Below, one piece after another: positions 37,073 through 46,432 of a DNA stretch of 64,000 nt. Source of the stretch: Chloroflexota bacterium (GTDB taxonomy: Bacteria > Chloroflexota > Limnocylindria > P2-11E); assembly GCA_038040345.1 (NCBI GenBank), contig JBBPIQ010000001.1, positions 645,927-709,926 of the forward strand, read 5' to 3'. Numbering within the stretch: position 1 is the stretch's first letter; every line of letters begins with the position of its first letter. A program made the translations under genes and the position numbers. Under the pieces are notes generated by a model. It was given only the letters and a program-made list of their open reading frames with translations. It was not told where the DNA came from and made no database searches.

Positions 37073-38043
37073 TCTGGCTCACGCTGCGCGAACACCGCGC
37101 TCAGCTTGTCGCGATGGCGATCGCCGCGGCGTTGCTCGCGATCGGACTAGCGGTAATGGGAAGCTACGCGGCAGCCCAACGCGCCGCTCTCGGTGTCGAC
37201 ACCTGTGTTCCGCTCCCCAACACGAACGTGAACTGCGTCGACCTCAGTGTGGAGTGGATGCGGCGGATCGGTCCGGCGCCGTACCTAGTCGGCGCGTTGC
37301 TTCTCGTTCCCGCCCTGGCCGCTTCGTTTGTCGGCGGACCGCTCTTCGGCGGAGATTTCGAGCGCGGGACCCACCGCCTTGCCCTCACTCAAGCAATAAG
37401 TCGCGTTCGGTGGAGCGCCACGAAGATCGGTTTGGTCCTCGCGACAGCCTTCGTGTGCGCGCTGGTCCTCGCGCAGCTTGGATGGGCGGCACGCGTTCTG
37501 AACGGGCTCCCCGGAGGTATCAAGACCCCATTTGATGGGTTCGATATCGACGGGCCGCCCATGGTCGGGTACTGGCTGTTCGGCATCGCCGTAGGTGGAC
37601 TCGTCGGTGCCTTCTCACGGCGGGCGCTCACCGGCATGTTCCTTGGCCTGCTCCTCTTCACGGGGGCGCGGGCGCTCGTCGCGGCCGAGCTTCGTCCGAA
37701 TTACGAGCCGCCGCTCGTGGCGTATGGAAACGCGTATTCATCGGAAGTAACGGCGCCGGCGAAGGCCTGGGTCCTAGGGCAGACGACGGTCGACGCAGAG
37801 GACCGACCGGTCGATTTCAGGGATATCGATAAGCTCATGCAGGGCTTCGGGAGGTCGGCGACGGCCGGCGGTCCCACGGATATGGGAACGTACCTCGCAA
37901 CATTTGGTGTGCGACAGCGGTTCGTCTATCAACCCGCGGAGCGCTACGCAAAGTTCCAGTGGATCGAGTTCGGACTCTTCACTGCTCTCGCGGCCGGCTG
38001 CGCGCTGCTCACGGTCGTGCTAATCCGCCGGCGGGACGCGTGA
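37069..38043 (+). CDS. ABC-2-type transporter permease
   Basis: Six-transmembrane membrane protein whose start overlaps the ATPase gene stop. Confidence 0.65.
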   Translation: MIWLTLREHRAQLVAMAIAAALLAIGLAVMGSYAAAQRAALGVDTCVPLPNTNVNCVDLSVEWMRRIGPAPYLVGALLLVPALAASFVGGPLFGGDFERGTHRLALTQAISRVRWSATKIGLVLATAFVCALVLAQLGWAARVLNGLPGGIKTPFDGFDIDGPPMVGYWLFGIAVGGLVGAFSRRALTGMFLGLLLFTGARALVAAELRPNYEPPLVAYGNAYSSEVTAPAKAWVLGQTTVDAEDRPVDFRDIDKLMQGFGRSATAGGPTDMGTYLATFGVRQRFVYQPAERYAKFQWIEFGLFTALAAGCALLTVVLIRRRDA

Positions 38044-38050
38044 CCTGCCG

Positions 38051-38938
38051 CTAGAGCTCCAGCCAGCCGGTCCGATTTCGCCAGTGCTTTCCCACGCGCA
38101 AATGCGTGACGATTGCGCGCTCGAGAGTCGTGCGCTGCGGGAGCTCATCGAAGTTCGGCGCGATGCGATGGAAGACGAAGCGCAGCACGTCCGCGTCGCC
38201 GTCGTAGCCGTCACCGACGAGTTTGAAGCGGCGCTGAAACCGCATGATGTTCGAGTCCGGCGCGACGTACTCGGCGAGCTGCGGATCGAGCAGCCACGAC
38301 GTGCAGATCCCAAGGCGTGTCGGCGTCTCCGGGAAATGGCCCGCGAAGAACGGATGCGCTTGGCCGAGTGAGTCGTCGCACGCCTCGGGTGTGAGCGGAC
38401 CGCTCTCGGGTATGTGGATGCCGAGCGCGGGGTCACCCTCGCGAAACGCGTCGGCGACACGCGCGGCGAGCACGTTCATCCGATTGAACTGCAGACGGCC
38501 GAGCTCATAGAGCGACCCGCGGAAATGCAGCGTCAGCCAGCCGCTCGTCCGTAGACCTCCGTCGCCGAGCAGAAGGCGGTCGCGGTTGAGGTTGCGCCCG
38601 AGGTCCGCGAGCGTCGCCCACGAGATCTCGTCTGGAACCCTGCGCTGTACGTGGAATCGGCGCACGTCCGCCAGCGCCGCCAGGTACACGTAAACAAAGA
38701 AGTAACGTCCGAGCGGTGTGGACTCGACCGCAGGTCGGGGAAGCTCGAGCGGCGCGAACCCACCGAGCTCGTTCACGAGCGCCTCGTACGCGCGCTCGAG
38801 GGACCTCCAGATCTCCGAGTCCATATCGGGTGAGGGCCACGCGGCGAGGATCTCCTGCTGGTCCTCCAGAGCGATCGCGAGGTGCTCGAAGATCGCGGGC
38901 AGGTAGGTCCGGTCCGGAAGCCGAAATCCGCGCGTCAC
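38051..38938 (-). CDS. hypothetical protein
   Basis: A 295-aa ORF of ordinary composition with no family I can recognise from the sequence alone. Confidence 0.45.
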   Translation of the reverse strand: MTRGFRLPDRTYLPAIFEHLAIALEDQQEILAAWPSPDMDSEIWRSLERAYEALVNELGGFAPLELPRPAVESTPLGRYFFVYVYLAALADVRRFHVQRRVPDEISWATLADLGRNLNRDRLLLGDGGLRTSGWLTLHFRGSLYELGRLQFNRMNVLAARVADAFREGDPALGIHIPESGPLTPEACDDSLGQAHPFFAGHFPETPTRLGICTSWLLDPQLAEYVAPDSNIMRFQRRFKLVGDGYDGDADVLRFVFHRIAPNFDELPQRTTLERAIVTHLRVGKHWRNRTGWLEL

Positions 38939-38961
38939 GCCATGAAGCTAATCGAGTGGAG

Positions 38962-39525
38962 TTACGGCGCCTTTGTCGGGCTCGCGCTCGGTCGCGCGCC
39001 GCCGCCGAGGCCGGCGCCTCCGGTCTGCGAGCCGAAGAGCTGCCCCAGGATGTTCGTGGAGCCGACGACGATCGCGGTCGCCGAAACCATCCCCGTCGCG
39101 TCGGTGGTCCCGACGACGGTGATCTGATCGTTGACCTTGAGGTCGCTGAGCTTCACATCAGCCTCGGTCGTCTTCACGATCCGCGTACTCGCACCGACGA
39201 GCACGATTTCGGATGTCGTCGCGGGCGAGGCCGACGCCTGCGCGTTCTGTCCCGCACCACGGTCGACCGCGGCGATTGTGATCGAGCCATCGTTCACAGC
39301 GAGGATGCGTCCGGTGATTGGTTGCTGCCCGGTGGCCGCGCCGGTCCCGCCGCCGCCGAAGCCGCCGCGTGCGCCGGTCCCGCCGCGCGCTCCGGTCGCT
39401 CCGGTCGCGCCCGCCGTGTTCGTGCTCGGGGTCTGCGCCTTGTCGAACGTCATGCCAGCCGCGAAGCCGCCGCCCGCGAGGGCGAGCGCCGCGACCACTC
39501 CGATCACGATCTGTGGTGCCTTCAT
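38962..39525 (-). CDS. secreted Gly-rich hypothetical protein, last gene of the efflux operon
   Basis: Signal peptide MKAPQIVIGVVAALALAGGGFAAG, then a Gly/Thr/Ala-rich region and a beta-rich C-terminus (ITGRILAVNDGSITIAAV...ITVVGTTDATGMVSATAIVV). Confidence 0.45.
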   Translation of the reverse strand: MKAPQIVIGVVAALALAGGGFAAGMTFDKAQTPSTNTAGATGATGARGGTGARGGFGGGGTGAATGQQPITGRILAVNDGSITIAAVDRGAGQNAQASASPATTSEIVLVGASTRIVKTTEADVKLSDLKVNDQITVVGTTDATGMVSATAIVVGSTNILGQLFGSQTGGAGLGGGARPSASPTKAP

Positions 39526-39544
39526 TTCAAACCCCTTTGTTTCG

Positions 39545-40825
39545 CTATTCATATCTGAGTGCCTGTATCGGATGGAGCCGCGCCGCGCGCATCGCCGGGT
39601 AGAGCCCGAAGACGACGCCGATCGCGACCGAAACGCCCACGGCGATGATCACAGTGCCGCTCGTGATGAGGAGCGGCAGGCTCGCTGCTTGCGGGATGCG
39701 ATGGACGACCTCGGTGATCGCCCATCCGAGCAGGATGCCGATCACGCCGCCGAGACCGGTGAGCGCCACCGCTTCGATGAGGAATTGGTTGAGGATGTCG
39801 CCGCGCCGCGCGCCGACGGCCTTACGAATGCCGATCTCGCGCGTCCGCTCGTTCACGGACACGAGCATGATGTTCATGATCCCGATGCCGCCGACGAGCA
39901 GCGAGATCCCGCCGATCGCGCCGAGCAGAAGCGTGAACGTGCCTGTGACGGACGAGAGCGCGGCGAGCGTGTCGTTCTGGTTGGTGACCGCAAAGTCCGC
40001 GCTCGCCGGATCCGCGATGTTGTGGCGTACGAGGAGGATGTTGCTCACGTCGCTCGTCGTGCGATCCATCGTTTCGCTCGACGTCGCCTTGATCACGATC
40101 TGATTCACGCGATTCAGCTGGCCGGTCAGCACGTGCTGCGAAGTGGTGAGCGGCACGAGGATCTGGTCGTCGCGGATCTGTCCGAACGTGCTGCCCTTCG
40201 TACCGAGCACGCCGACGACGCGGAAGTTCAGGATCCGCGCCCGCTGCGCCGCCGCGCCCTGGCCGCCACCACCGAATGCCTGCCGTAGCTGGATCGTCTG
40301 CCCGACAGGGTCGATGTCACCGAACAGGTTCGCCGCGGTCGTCGATCCGAGCACGGCGACCTGCGCGTTCACGTTGATGTCGGATGCCGTGAAGAAATCG
40401 CCGCTGTCGAGGCCCCAGTCGCGCACGATCGGATAGTCCTCGGTCACACCGGTCACGGTCGTGTTGGTGTTCTGTCCTGCGGCTGTGACCTGCCAGCGGC
40501 CGGCCTGCTGTTCCGCTTCAGCAGCTGAGATCGAATCGCCCAGCTGGTCTTGGATCGATCGCATGTCGTCGATCGTCAAGGTCTGCGCCTGTGCCCCGGC
40601 TCCGCGAAGGCCCTGGTCCGTCCCGTTCTGCGGCGTCACCGTCACGAGATTCGAACCGAGGTTGAGGATCGTGTTCTGCACGCTTTGCGACGCGCCATTG
40701 CCGACGCTGACCATCGCGATCACCGCGGCGACGCCGATGATCACGCCGAGCATCGTCAAAGCCGAGCGCAGCTTGTTGACGACGAGCGACTGCAGCGCCG
40801 ATCGGAACGAGTCGTAGAGCTTCAT
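39545..40825 (-). CDS. ABC transporter permease, MacB/FtsX-like
   Basis: MacB-like N-terminal transmembrane helix followed by a periplasmic domain, and a C-terminal FtsX four-TM domain. ATG 40823-40825 overlaps the ATPase gene stop (ATGA). Confidence 0.85.
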   Translation of the reverse strand: MKLYDSFRSALQSLVVNKLRSALTMLGVIIGVAAVIAMVSVGNGASQSVQNTILNLGSNLVTVTPQNGTDQGLRGAGAQAQTLTIDDMRSIQDQLGDSISAAEAEQQAGRWQVTAAGQNTNTTVTGVTEDYPIVRDWGLDSGDFFTASDINVNAQVAVLGSTTAANLFGDIDPVGQTIQLRQAFGGGGQGAAAQRARILNFRVVGVLGTKGSTFGQIRDDQILVPLTTSQHVLTGQLNRVNQIVIKATSSETMDRTTSDVSNILLVRHNIADPASADFAVTNQNDTLAALSSVTGTFTLLLGAIGGISLLVGGIGIMNIMLVSVNERTREIGIRKAVGARRGDILNQFLIEAVALTGLGGVIGILLGWAITEVVHRIPQAASLPLLITSGTVIIAVGVSVAIGVVFGLYPAMRAARLHPIQALRYE

Positions 40826-41562
40826 TCGGCGGCCCCGATGCCCACCGCAAGCTCCTCTTCGGCGCGGCGCGGGCGCGGGACGAGCTCGTCGCGGGCGATG
40901 AGACCGTCGCGCATGCGCACGACGCGTTTGCAATGCGCGGCGACGTCAGGCTCGTGCGTGACCATGACGACGGTCTTACCCAGGTCGTTGAGCCGCTGGA
41001 AGATCGACAGGATCTCCGCGCTCGAGCGCGAGTCGAGATTCCCTGTCGGCTCGTCCGCGAGGATCATCGAGGGGTCGTTGAGGAGCGCGCGAGCGATCGC
41101 GACGCGCTGCTGCTGACCGCCGGAGAGCTCGCTGGGCCGGTGATGGATCCGGTCGCCGAGGCCGACCTGCTCGAGCGCGGCCAGCGCGCGCTGGCGCCGC
41201 TCTTTGCGATCGCCGCCGTAGATGAGTGGAAGCTCGACATTCTCGATCGCGTTCAGTCGCGAGAGCAGGTTGTACGTCTGAAATACGAAGCCGACGTGCT
41301 TATTGCGGATCGAGGCGAGCTGATCGTCGGAGAGCTTGTTGACGTTCTCGCCGGCGAGGATGTACGTGCCGCCGTCGGCGACGTCGAGGCAGCCGAGGAC
41401 ATTCATGAGCGTCGACTTCCCCGACCCCGACGGGCCCATGATCGCCAGGAACTCCGCGGGCCGGACGTCCAGGTCCACTCCGCGCAGCGCGTTCACGGTG
41501 ATGTCCCGCCCGATGCGGTACGTCTTGGTGATCCCGCGGAGCTGGACGACGCTTTGGATCAT
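40822..41562 (-). CDS. ABC transporter ATP-binding protein (MacB/LolD family)
   Basis: Walker A GPSGSGKST, signature LSGGQQQRVAIARAL, Walker B ILADEPTGNLD. Confidence 0.9.
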   Translation of the reverse strand: MIQSVVQLRGITKTYRIGRDITVNALRGVDLDVRPAEFLAIMGPSGSGKSTLMNVLGCLDVADGGTYILAGENVNKLSDDQLASIRNKHVGFVFQTYNLLSRLNAIENVELPLIYGGDRKERRQRALAALEQVGLGDRIHHRPSELSGGQQQRVAIARALLNDPSMILADEPTGNLDSRSSAEILSIFQRLNDLGKTVVMVTHEPDVAAHCKRVVRMRDGLIARDELVPRPRRAEEELAVGIGAAE

Positions 41563-43457
41563 CGGCCGATGATCACGGGGGCTCCGCCACCGCCGCCGCC
41601 GAACCCACCGCCGCCCGCGCCCGGCCGCGCCGTCGCGGTCGCGCGCGCCGCGGGCAGGACCACGAGGTCGCCCTCGGCCACGCCAGTCACCACTTCGGTC
41701 GTCGTGTCGTTCGCGATCCCGAAGGTCACGTCCGTGTCGACGGCCTCGCCATCTTTCAACACCTGCAGGTAGCGCCGGCCGGCAGTGGTGCGGATCGCGA
41801 GATTCGGCACCGTGAGCACGCCCTGCTTGCTCGCGATGATCACGGTCGCTGTGCCGGTCATGCCCGGCTTCACTTGATTGTTCGGAAGATCGATGGTGAC
41901 GTCGATCCCGTAGACCGGGACGCCGGACTGGATCGTCGCGAGCGGATCGAGCGAGGTCACGCGGCCGGTCATGCGCCCGGCGGCGGAAACCGCGTCGACG
42001 GCTATGTTGGCGACGAGGCCGAGCTTCACCTTCGCGACGTCGCTCTCGCCGATGGTCCCGTGAAGGACCAGCGCGGTCGTGTTCGCGAGGACCATGAACG
42101 GATTCGCGGCGGTCTCGCCGACCTGAGACGCGACCGAGGCGACCACGCCGGCGGTCGGCGCGGTGATCGTCGCGTTCGTCAGGTTGTTCTGCGCCGTGTC
42201 CACGGCCGAGGCCGCGTTGTCGACGCTCGCCTGGGAACTCGCGAGGTCATAGGGCTTCGAGCTCAGCGAGGTCGTTGCCGCGTCGATCGACTGCTGTCCC
42301 CGCTGTGCGGTGTTCGTCACGTTCTGCGTCGCGGTCGCGATCGAACCGCCGACGGCGTCGTTGACGGTCCCGAGGTACGTCGTCGCCTGCGTGATCTTCA
42401 GCTTCACCGTCGAAACGTTCTGCTGCTGGCCGCCGACCAGCGTGTACAGCGTGGCCAGATCGGCTCGCCACTGGTCGAACGGTGTGTGCAGGTCCTTCGT
42501 GGCCTGGGTGTTCAGAGAGGATTGGGCGGTGGTCACGCTGCTCTGGACCGTCGTGAGCACTGCGGAGGTCGTGTCGAGCGCGCTGGTCAGTCGCGAGGTC
42601 GCGATCGTGTAGTTGGTCAGCGCGAGCTGGAGACTGCTCGCGATGCTGGTCGTGTCGCTGCCCGCGGCCGACGCGGCGTCGAAGTCGGCCACGACCGACA
42701 GCAACGCGCTTCGGGCGCTCCGGTAGTCGGCGAGCGCCGGCGAGAGCAGTGTCAGGGAATTCGCCTGAGCGTTCTGCAACGCAGGAGACTTCGCACTGCT
42801 AATTGCGTTCAGTGCGTTGCGGAGATCGCCGGTATCGCCGCCGCCGACGATCGTGCTCATCTCGGCGATGAGTCCGTCGATCTGCGACTGGATCGTGTTG
42901 AGGCTGTCCTGGAAGCTCGAAATTCCGCTCGTGGCGTTGTCGGTGTACGAGCTGAAATTCGATTTCGCTGACGCGTAGTTGGTGGTGATCTTGTTGAGCG
43001 CGGCCTGCGCCGTCGCGAGGTCCTGCGCGGCTTGCTGGCGAGCCTGGTTCAGAGCCTTCTGCGAGTCATTCGTGGTGGACGCTGTTCGGTTGTAGTTGTT
43101 CTGCGCGGTCACCAGATTCGCCTGCGCTTGCGCGAGCGCAGCCTCGAGATCCGTCGTGTCGAGCTTGGCGAGCGGCTGACCCGCGGTCACCTGCTGTCCG
43201 ACGGAGACGTAGAGCGCCGCGATCTTGCCCGCGGTCTTGAAGCTCATCTTCGTTTGATTCGACGCGGCGACGGATCCGGACACGGCGACGCTCTGGATGA
43301 CCGAGCCCTTTGTGACGGCCTGCGTGCGGATCTCCGCCTTCGCGGCGGGGGCGTTCGCGCGCGAGACGAAAACCGCACCGCCCGCGATCAACCCGATGAG
43401 GGCGACGGCGAAGATCCGACCCGGCCAGGTCATCAGGATTCCTCTGAACACCGTCAT
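41559..43457 (-). CDS. efflux transporter periplasmic adaptor (HlyD/MFP family) with an extended coiled coil and a Gly-rich C-terminal tail
   Basis: N-terminal transmembrane anchor, biotinyl/lipoyl-like hairpin, an alpha-helical region of about 300 aa, beta-barrel motifs, and a C-terminus of GAGGGGFGGGGGGAPVIIGR. Confidence 0.8.
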   Translation of the reverse strand: MTVFRGILMTWPGRIFAVALIGLIAGGAVFVSRANAPAAKAEIRTQAVTKGSVIQSVAVSGSVAASNQTKMSFKTAGKIAALYVSVGQQVTAGQPLAKLDTTDLEAALAQAQANLVTAQNNYNRTASTTNDSQKALNQARQQAAQDLATAQAALNKITTNYASAKSNFSSYTDNATSGISSFQDSLNTIQSQIDGLIAEMSTIVGGGDTGDLRNALNAISSAKSPALQNAQANSLTLLSPALADYRSARSALLSVVADFDAASAAGSDTTSIASSLQLALTNYTIATSRLTSALDTTSAVLTTVQSSVTTAQSSLNTQATKDLHTPFDQWRADLATLYTLVGGQQQNVSTVKLKITQATTYLGTVNDAVGGSIATATQNVTNTAQRGQQSIDAATTSLSSKPYDLASSQASVDNAASAVDTAQNNLTNATITAPTAGVVASVASQVGETAANPFMVLANTTALVLHGTIGESDVAKVKLGLVANIAVDAVSAAGRMTGRVTSLDPLATIQSGVPVYGIDVTIDLPNNQVKPGMTGTATVIIASKQGVLTVPNLAIRTTAGRRYLQVLKDGEAVDTDVTFGIANDTTTEVVTGVAEGDLVVLPAARATATARPGAGGGGFGGGGGGAPVIIGR

Positions 43458-43577
43458 CGCTCCGTCCCCTCCGCCCAGGAATTTCGGCCTGTCACGCCCT
43501 ATAGATAAGGGTCACGTCTAAGAGGGCGATGAGAGGCACCGCCCCGCGCCCTATTTCGCGTATTCTCGGCCCGCTCC

Positions 43578-44222
43578 ATGGACCTGACCTGGCTCGGTCA
43601 CGCTTGTTTTCGCATGCGCGGGCGCGAAGGCGTCGTGCTGGCGGACCCGCCCGACCCCAAATCTGGGCACGCCATCTCCAAGACCGAGGCCGCCATCGTG
43701 ACCATCTCCCACGAGCACCTCGGCCACTCGAGTCTCAAGTCCGTCGGCGGCGAGCCCGTGGTGCTCCGCGGCCCGGGCGAGTACGAGGTCCACGAGGTGC
43801 TCGTGACCGGCATCGCGACCTTCCATGACGATTCCAAGGGATCTGTCAGGGGACGGAACACCGTGTTCGCGATCCGGTTGGACGATCTCGTCATCTGCCA
43901 CCTCGGAGACCTCGGCCACGAGCTTCCCGCCGCCGATCTCGAACGTCTCGGCGACGTCGACATCGTCCTCGTCCCCATCTCCGGCGGCGACATCAACCTC
44001 ACCGCGGCGAAGGCCGCCGAGGTCATCCATCAGCTCGAGCCCAAGGTCGTCGTGCCGATGTCGTACGACCCCGACGCGAAGAAGGACGCGCACGCCCCGT
44101 TCGACCGGCTCTTGCACGAGCTCGGCGTGAAGGAGCTCACGCCCGTTCCGAAGCTCTCGGTCACACGGGGTTCACTCCCAGAGAACGTGCAGGTCGTCGC
44201 GCTCGACTCCCGGGCGCGTTAA
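43578..44222 (+). CDS. MBL-fold metallo-hydrolase
   Basis: HxHxDH-type motif ISHEHLGH plus downstream His/Asp ligands. Confidence 0.75.
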   Translation: MDLTWLGHACFRMRGREGVVLADPPDPKSGHAISKTEAAIVTISHEHLGHSSLKSVGGEPVVLRGPGEYEVHEVLVTGIATFHDDSKGSVRGRNTVFAIRLDDLVICHLGDLGHELPAADLERLGDVDIVLVPISGGDINLTAAKAAEVIHQLEPKVVVPMSYDPDAKKDAHAPFDRLLHELGVKELTPVPKLSVTRGSLPENVQVVALDSRAR

Positions 44223-44247
44223 CCTGCCGCCGCGGGAGGAGGGTTTT

Positions 44248-45480
44248 ATGGGCTATCCAGCAGCTACGGCACGCGCATTCCAGTACGGACTCATCATCTT
44301 CACGCTCACCGCGCTTCTCGGGTTGGCGAACGCGACGCAGCTCTTCGGAGCGCTCGATCGCAACACGCTGCTCACGCACCTCCACTCCGGCACGCTCGGG
44401 TGGATCACGATGGGCGTGATCGGTCTCTCGATCTGGATCTTCGGCGCCTCCGGACCGACGCTCGCGCGGAACGTGATGCTGAGTGCCATTGCGACCGCGG
44501 CGTACGTGCTCGCGTTCTGGTCCGGGAACTTTCAGGCGCGCGCGATCTTCGGCACGATCGAGCTTCTCGTCGTTCTCTACTGGTGGTGGTTTGCAGTATC
44601 GCGCGGCATGGCTGAAGGCTTCGGTCGTCTCGACATCCCGAAGCTCTCCGTCATCTTTGGTCTGACGACCCTCGTCATCGGCTCCACGCTCGGCGTGATC
44701 GTCCAGATCATCCTTGGGACCGGCAATCAGCTCCCAACGAATGACCTCGTCGGCGCGCACGCCTCCGCGCAGACCGGCGGCTACCTCGTGCTCGTCGCGG
44801 CAGGGTTCATCGAGTGGCAGCTAACCGGAGGCGGCAGACGCACCGTCGCCGGGCTCGTTCAGATCGGGCTTCTTTTCGTCAGCGGACTGCTCCTCGCGTT
44901 CAGCCTGCTTCTCGCACCGCAGCTCGGGCCGCAGATGGCGCAGGCGCTGCCTGGCATCGCGACGGTCCTGTCGCTCATCGGTGCAGTCGTTGTCGCTGTC
45001 AGGCTCGGACGCGCGGCGCTCGGCGTGTCCTGGGGCGCAGGCTGGAAGCGCCACCTCGCGCTGGCTGTCGGCTTCCTCGTGCTCGCCAAGATCCTCGAGG
45101 CCGTCCTCGTCCAGCAGTTCATCGCATCGCAGGGCGACATCAACAAGGTCTCGATCGGTCTGCTCCACGCGCTCGATCATTCGTACTTCATCGGCCTCAT
45201 GACCAACGTGGCGTTCGGCGCGATCCTGGTGCTCAGCGCCGACCGGCCGCGCGCCTGGCCGTGGGCCGATCAGCTCATCTTCTGGGGACTGAACATCGGT
45301 GCCACCGGGTTCGTGGCCGTCCTGCTCATCGCCGGTTCGGGCGAGGGGGCGAAGCCGTTCACGCATCCGGTCTCCTTCATCGCGCCGATCATGGGTCTGG
45401 CCGCCCTGCTCGGCATCGCTACCTTCTCGATGCGCCTTTCGAACGCACCGGCGGCCATGCGCGCGCCAGCACCGGCCTAG
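44248..45480 (+). CDS. polytopic integral membrane protein (hypothetical)
   Basis: Ribosome-binding site ggaggagg upstream. About 12 predicted transmembrane helices. No family recognised. The opposite-strand ORF 44821-46011 is an artefact. Confidence 0.55.
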   Translation: MGYPAATARAFQYGLIIFTLTALLGLANATQLFGALDRNTLLTHLHSGTLGWITMGVIGLSIWIFGASGPTLARNVMLSAIATAAYVLAFWSGNFQARAIFGTIELLVVLYWWWFAVSRGMAEGFGRLDIPKLSVIFGLTTLVIGSTLGVIVQIILGTGNQLPTNDLVGAHASAQTGGYLVLVAAGFIEWQLTGGGRRTVAGLVQIGLLFVSGLLLAFSLLLAPQLGPQMAQALPGIATVLSLIGAVVVAVRLGRAALGVSWGAGWKRHLALAVGFLVLAKILEAVLVQQFIASQGDINKVSIGLLHALDHSYFIGLMTNVAFGAILVLSADRPRAWPWADQLIFWGLNIGATGFVAVLLIAGSGEGAKPFTHPVSFIAPIMGLAALLGIATFSMRLSNAPAAMRAPAPA

Positions 45481-45491
45481 TGGGCGTCGAA

Positions 45492-45521
45492 CCGGACGGC
45501 CGTCGCGGGACGGCCGTCCGG
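45492..45521 (+). terminator. rho-independent terminator hairpin, or leader element of the rplU-rpmA operon
   Basis: Sequence ccggacggccgtc-gcgg-gacggccgtccgg: a 13-bp perfect stem followed by tatacttttcatt. Confidence 0.55.
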
Positions 45522-45585
45522 TATACTTTTCATTACGTCGCGCACGGAGCGCGGCGACTTTTTCTGTTCGGAGAGGTTCACATCC

Positions 45586-45897
45586 GTGTATGCGGTCGTC
45601 CGTAGCGGCGCCCGGAGCTACCGGGTTGAAGAGGGGGGCACCATCACCGTCGATCGCCGTGCGGGCGACGCCGGCGAGACGGTCATCCTCGACCAGGTTC
45701 TGCTGTTCGCCGACGGCGTTCGCGTGCGTGCCGGGACCCCCTTCGTGACCGACGCCATCGTTACGGCCCAGATCGTCGGGCATGGAAGAGGGCCCAAGAT
45801 CCGCGTGTTCAAGTACAAGAACAAGACGCGGTCGCGGAAGACCCGCGGTCACCGGCAGGAAGAAACGACACTCCGAATCACGAAGATCGAGGCTTAA
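45586..45897 (+). CDS. rplU: 50S ribosomal protein L21
   Basis: Begins [17 protein letters not shown] and ends [24 protein letters not shown]. Confidence 0.9.
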   Translation: MYAVVRSGARSYRVEEGGTITVDRRAGDAGETVILDQVLLFADGVRVRAGTPFVTDAIVTAQIVGHGRGPKIRVFKYKNKTRSRKTRGHRQEETTLRITKIEA

Positions 45898-45901
45898 GGA
45901 A

Positions 45902-46156
45902 ATGGCACACAAGAAGGGCGCGGGTTCCACCCGCAACGGACGAGACAGCGCCGGGCAGCGGCTCGGCGTCAAGGAATACGCGGGCGCCCGCGTCCAAGCG
46001 GGGGCGATCATCGTCCGTCAGCGCGGCACGAAGGTACTTCCCGGCAGCAACGTCGGTGTCGGCAAGGACCACACGCTCTTCGCGCTCATCGCGGGGACCG
46101 TGGAATTCAAAGCGGCACGAGACGATCGCCGGCGCGTGAGCGTCGTCGCGGTATAG
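45902..46156 (+). CDS. rpmA: 50S ribosomal protein L27
   Basis: Begins [24 protein letters not shown]. Confidence 0.9.
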   Translation: MAHKKGAGSTRNGRDSAGQRLGVKEYAGARVQAGAIIVRQRGTKVLPGSNVGVGKDHTLFALIAGTVEFKAARDDRRRVSVVAV

Positions 46157-46166
46157 AGGTCAGTCC

Positions 46167-46409
46167 ATGAAAGAAAAGATTCACCCCAACTACATGCAGG
46201 CGAAGATCATCTGCGCCTGCGGTCGCAGCTACACGACCGGGTCGACGAAGCCGGAGCTCCACGTGGAGGTCTGCGCCGGGTGCCATCCGTTCTATACGGG
46301 GACGCAGCACATCCTCGACATCCAGGGTCGCGTAGAGCGGTTTACCAAGCGGTACGCGAAGAAAGCGGCCGACGCACCCGCCTCCGCGGAGGCCGCCCCG
46401 CACCGTTAG
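46167..46409 (+). CDS. rpmE: 50S ribosomal protein L31
   Basis: Begins MKEKIHPNY and has a CxxC...CxxCH zinc-ribbon motif. Confidence 0.9.
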   Translation: MKEKIHPNYMQAKIICACGRSYTTGSTKPELHVEVCAGCHPFYTGTQHILDIQGRVERFTKRYAKKAADAPASAEAAPHR

Positions 46410-46432
46410 GTGCTGACCGCCCGCGGCCCCGC

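Noticed and set aside
43458-43577. GTCACG...GGTCACG direct repeat and a TATAGATAAG box in the divergent promoter between the efflux operon and the MBL hydrolase gene
   Set aside because: It is a plausible -10 element and a half-site repeat, but there is a single occurrence and no symmetry, so I could not support it beyond a generic promoter region.
44821-46011. 396-aa minus-strand ORF across the membrane-protein gene and rplU
   Set aside because: Antisense artefact. The plus strand encodes a clean polytopic membrane protein and ribosomal proteins L21/L27.
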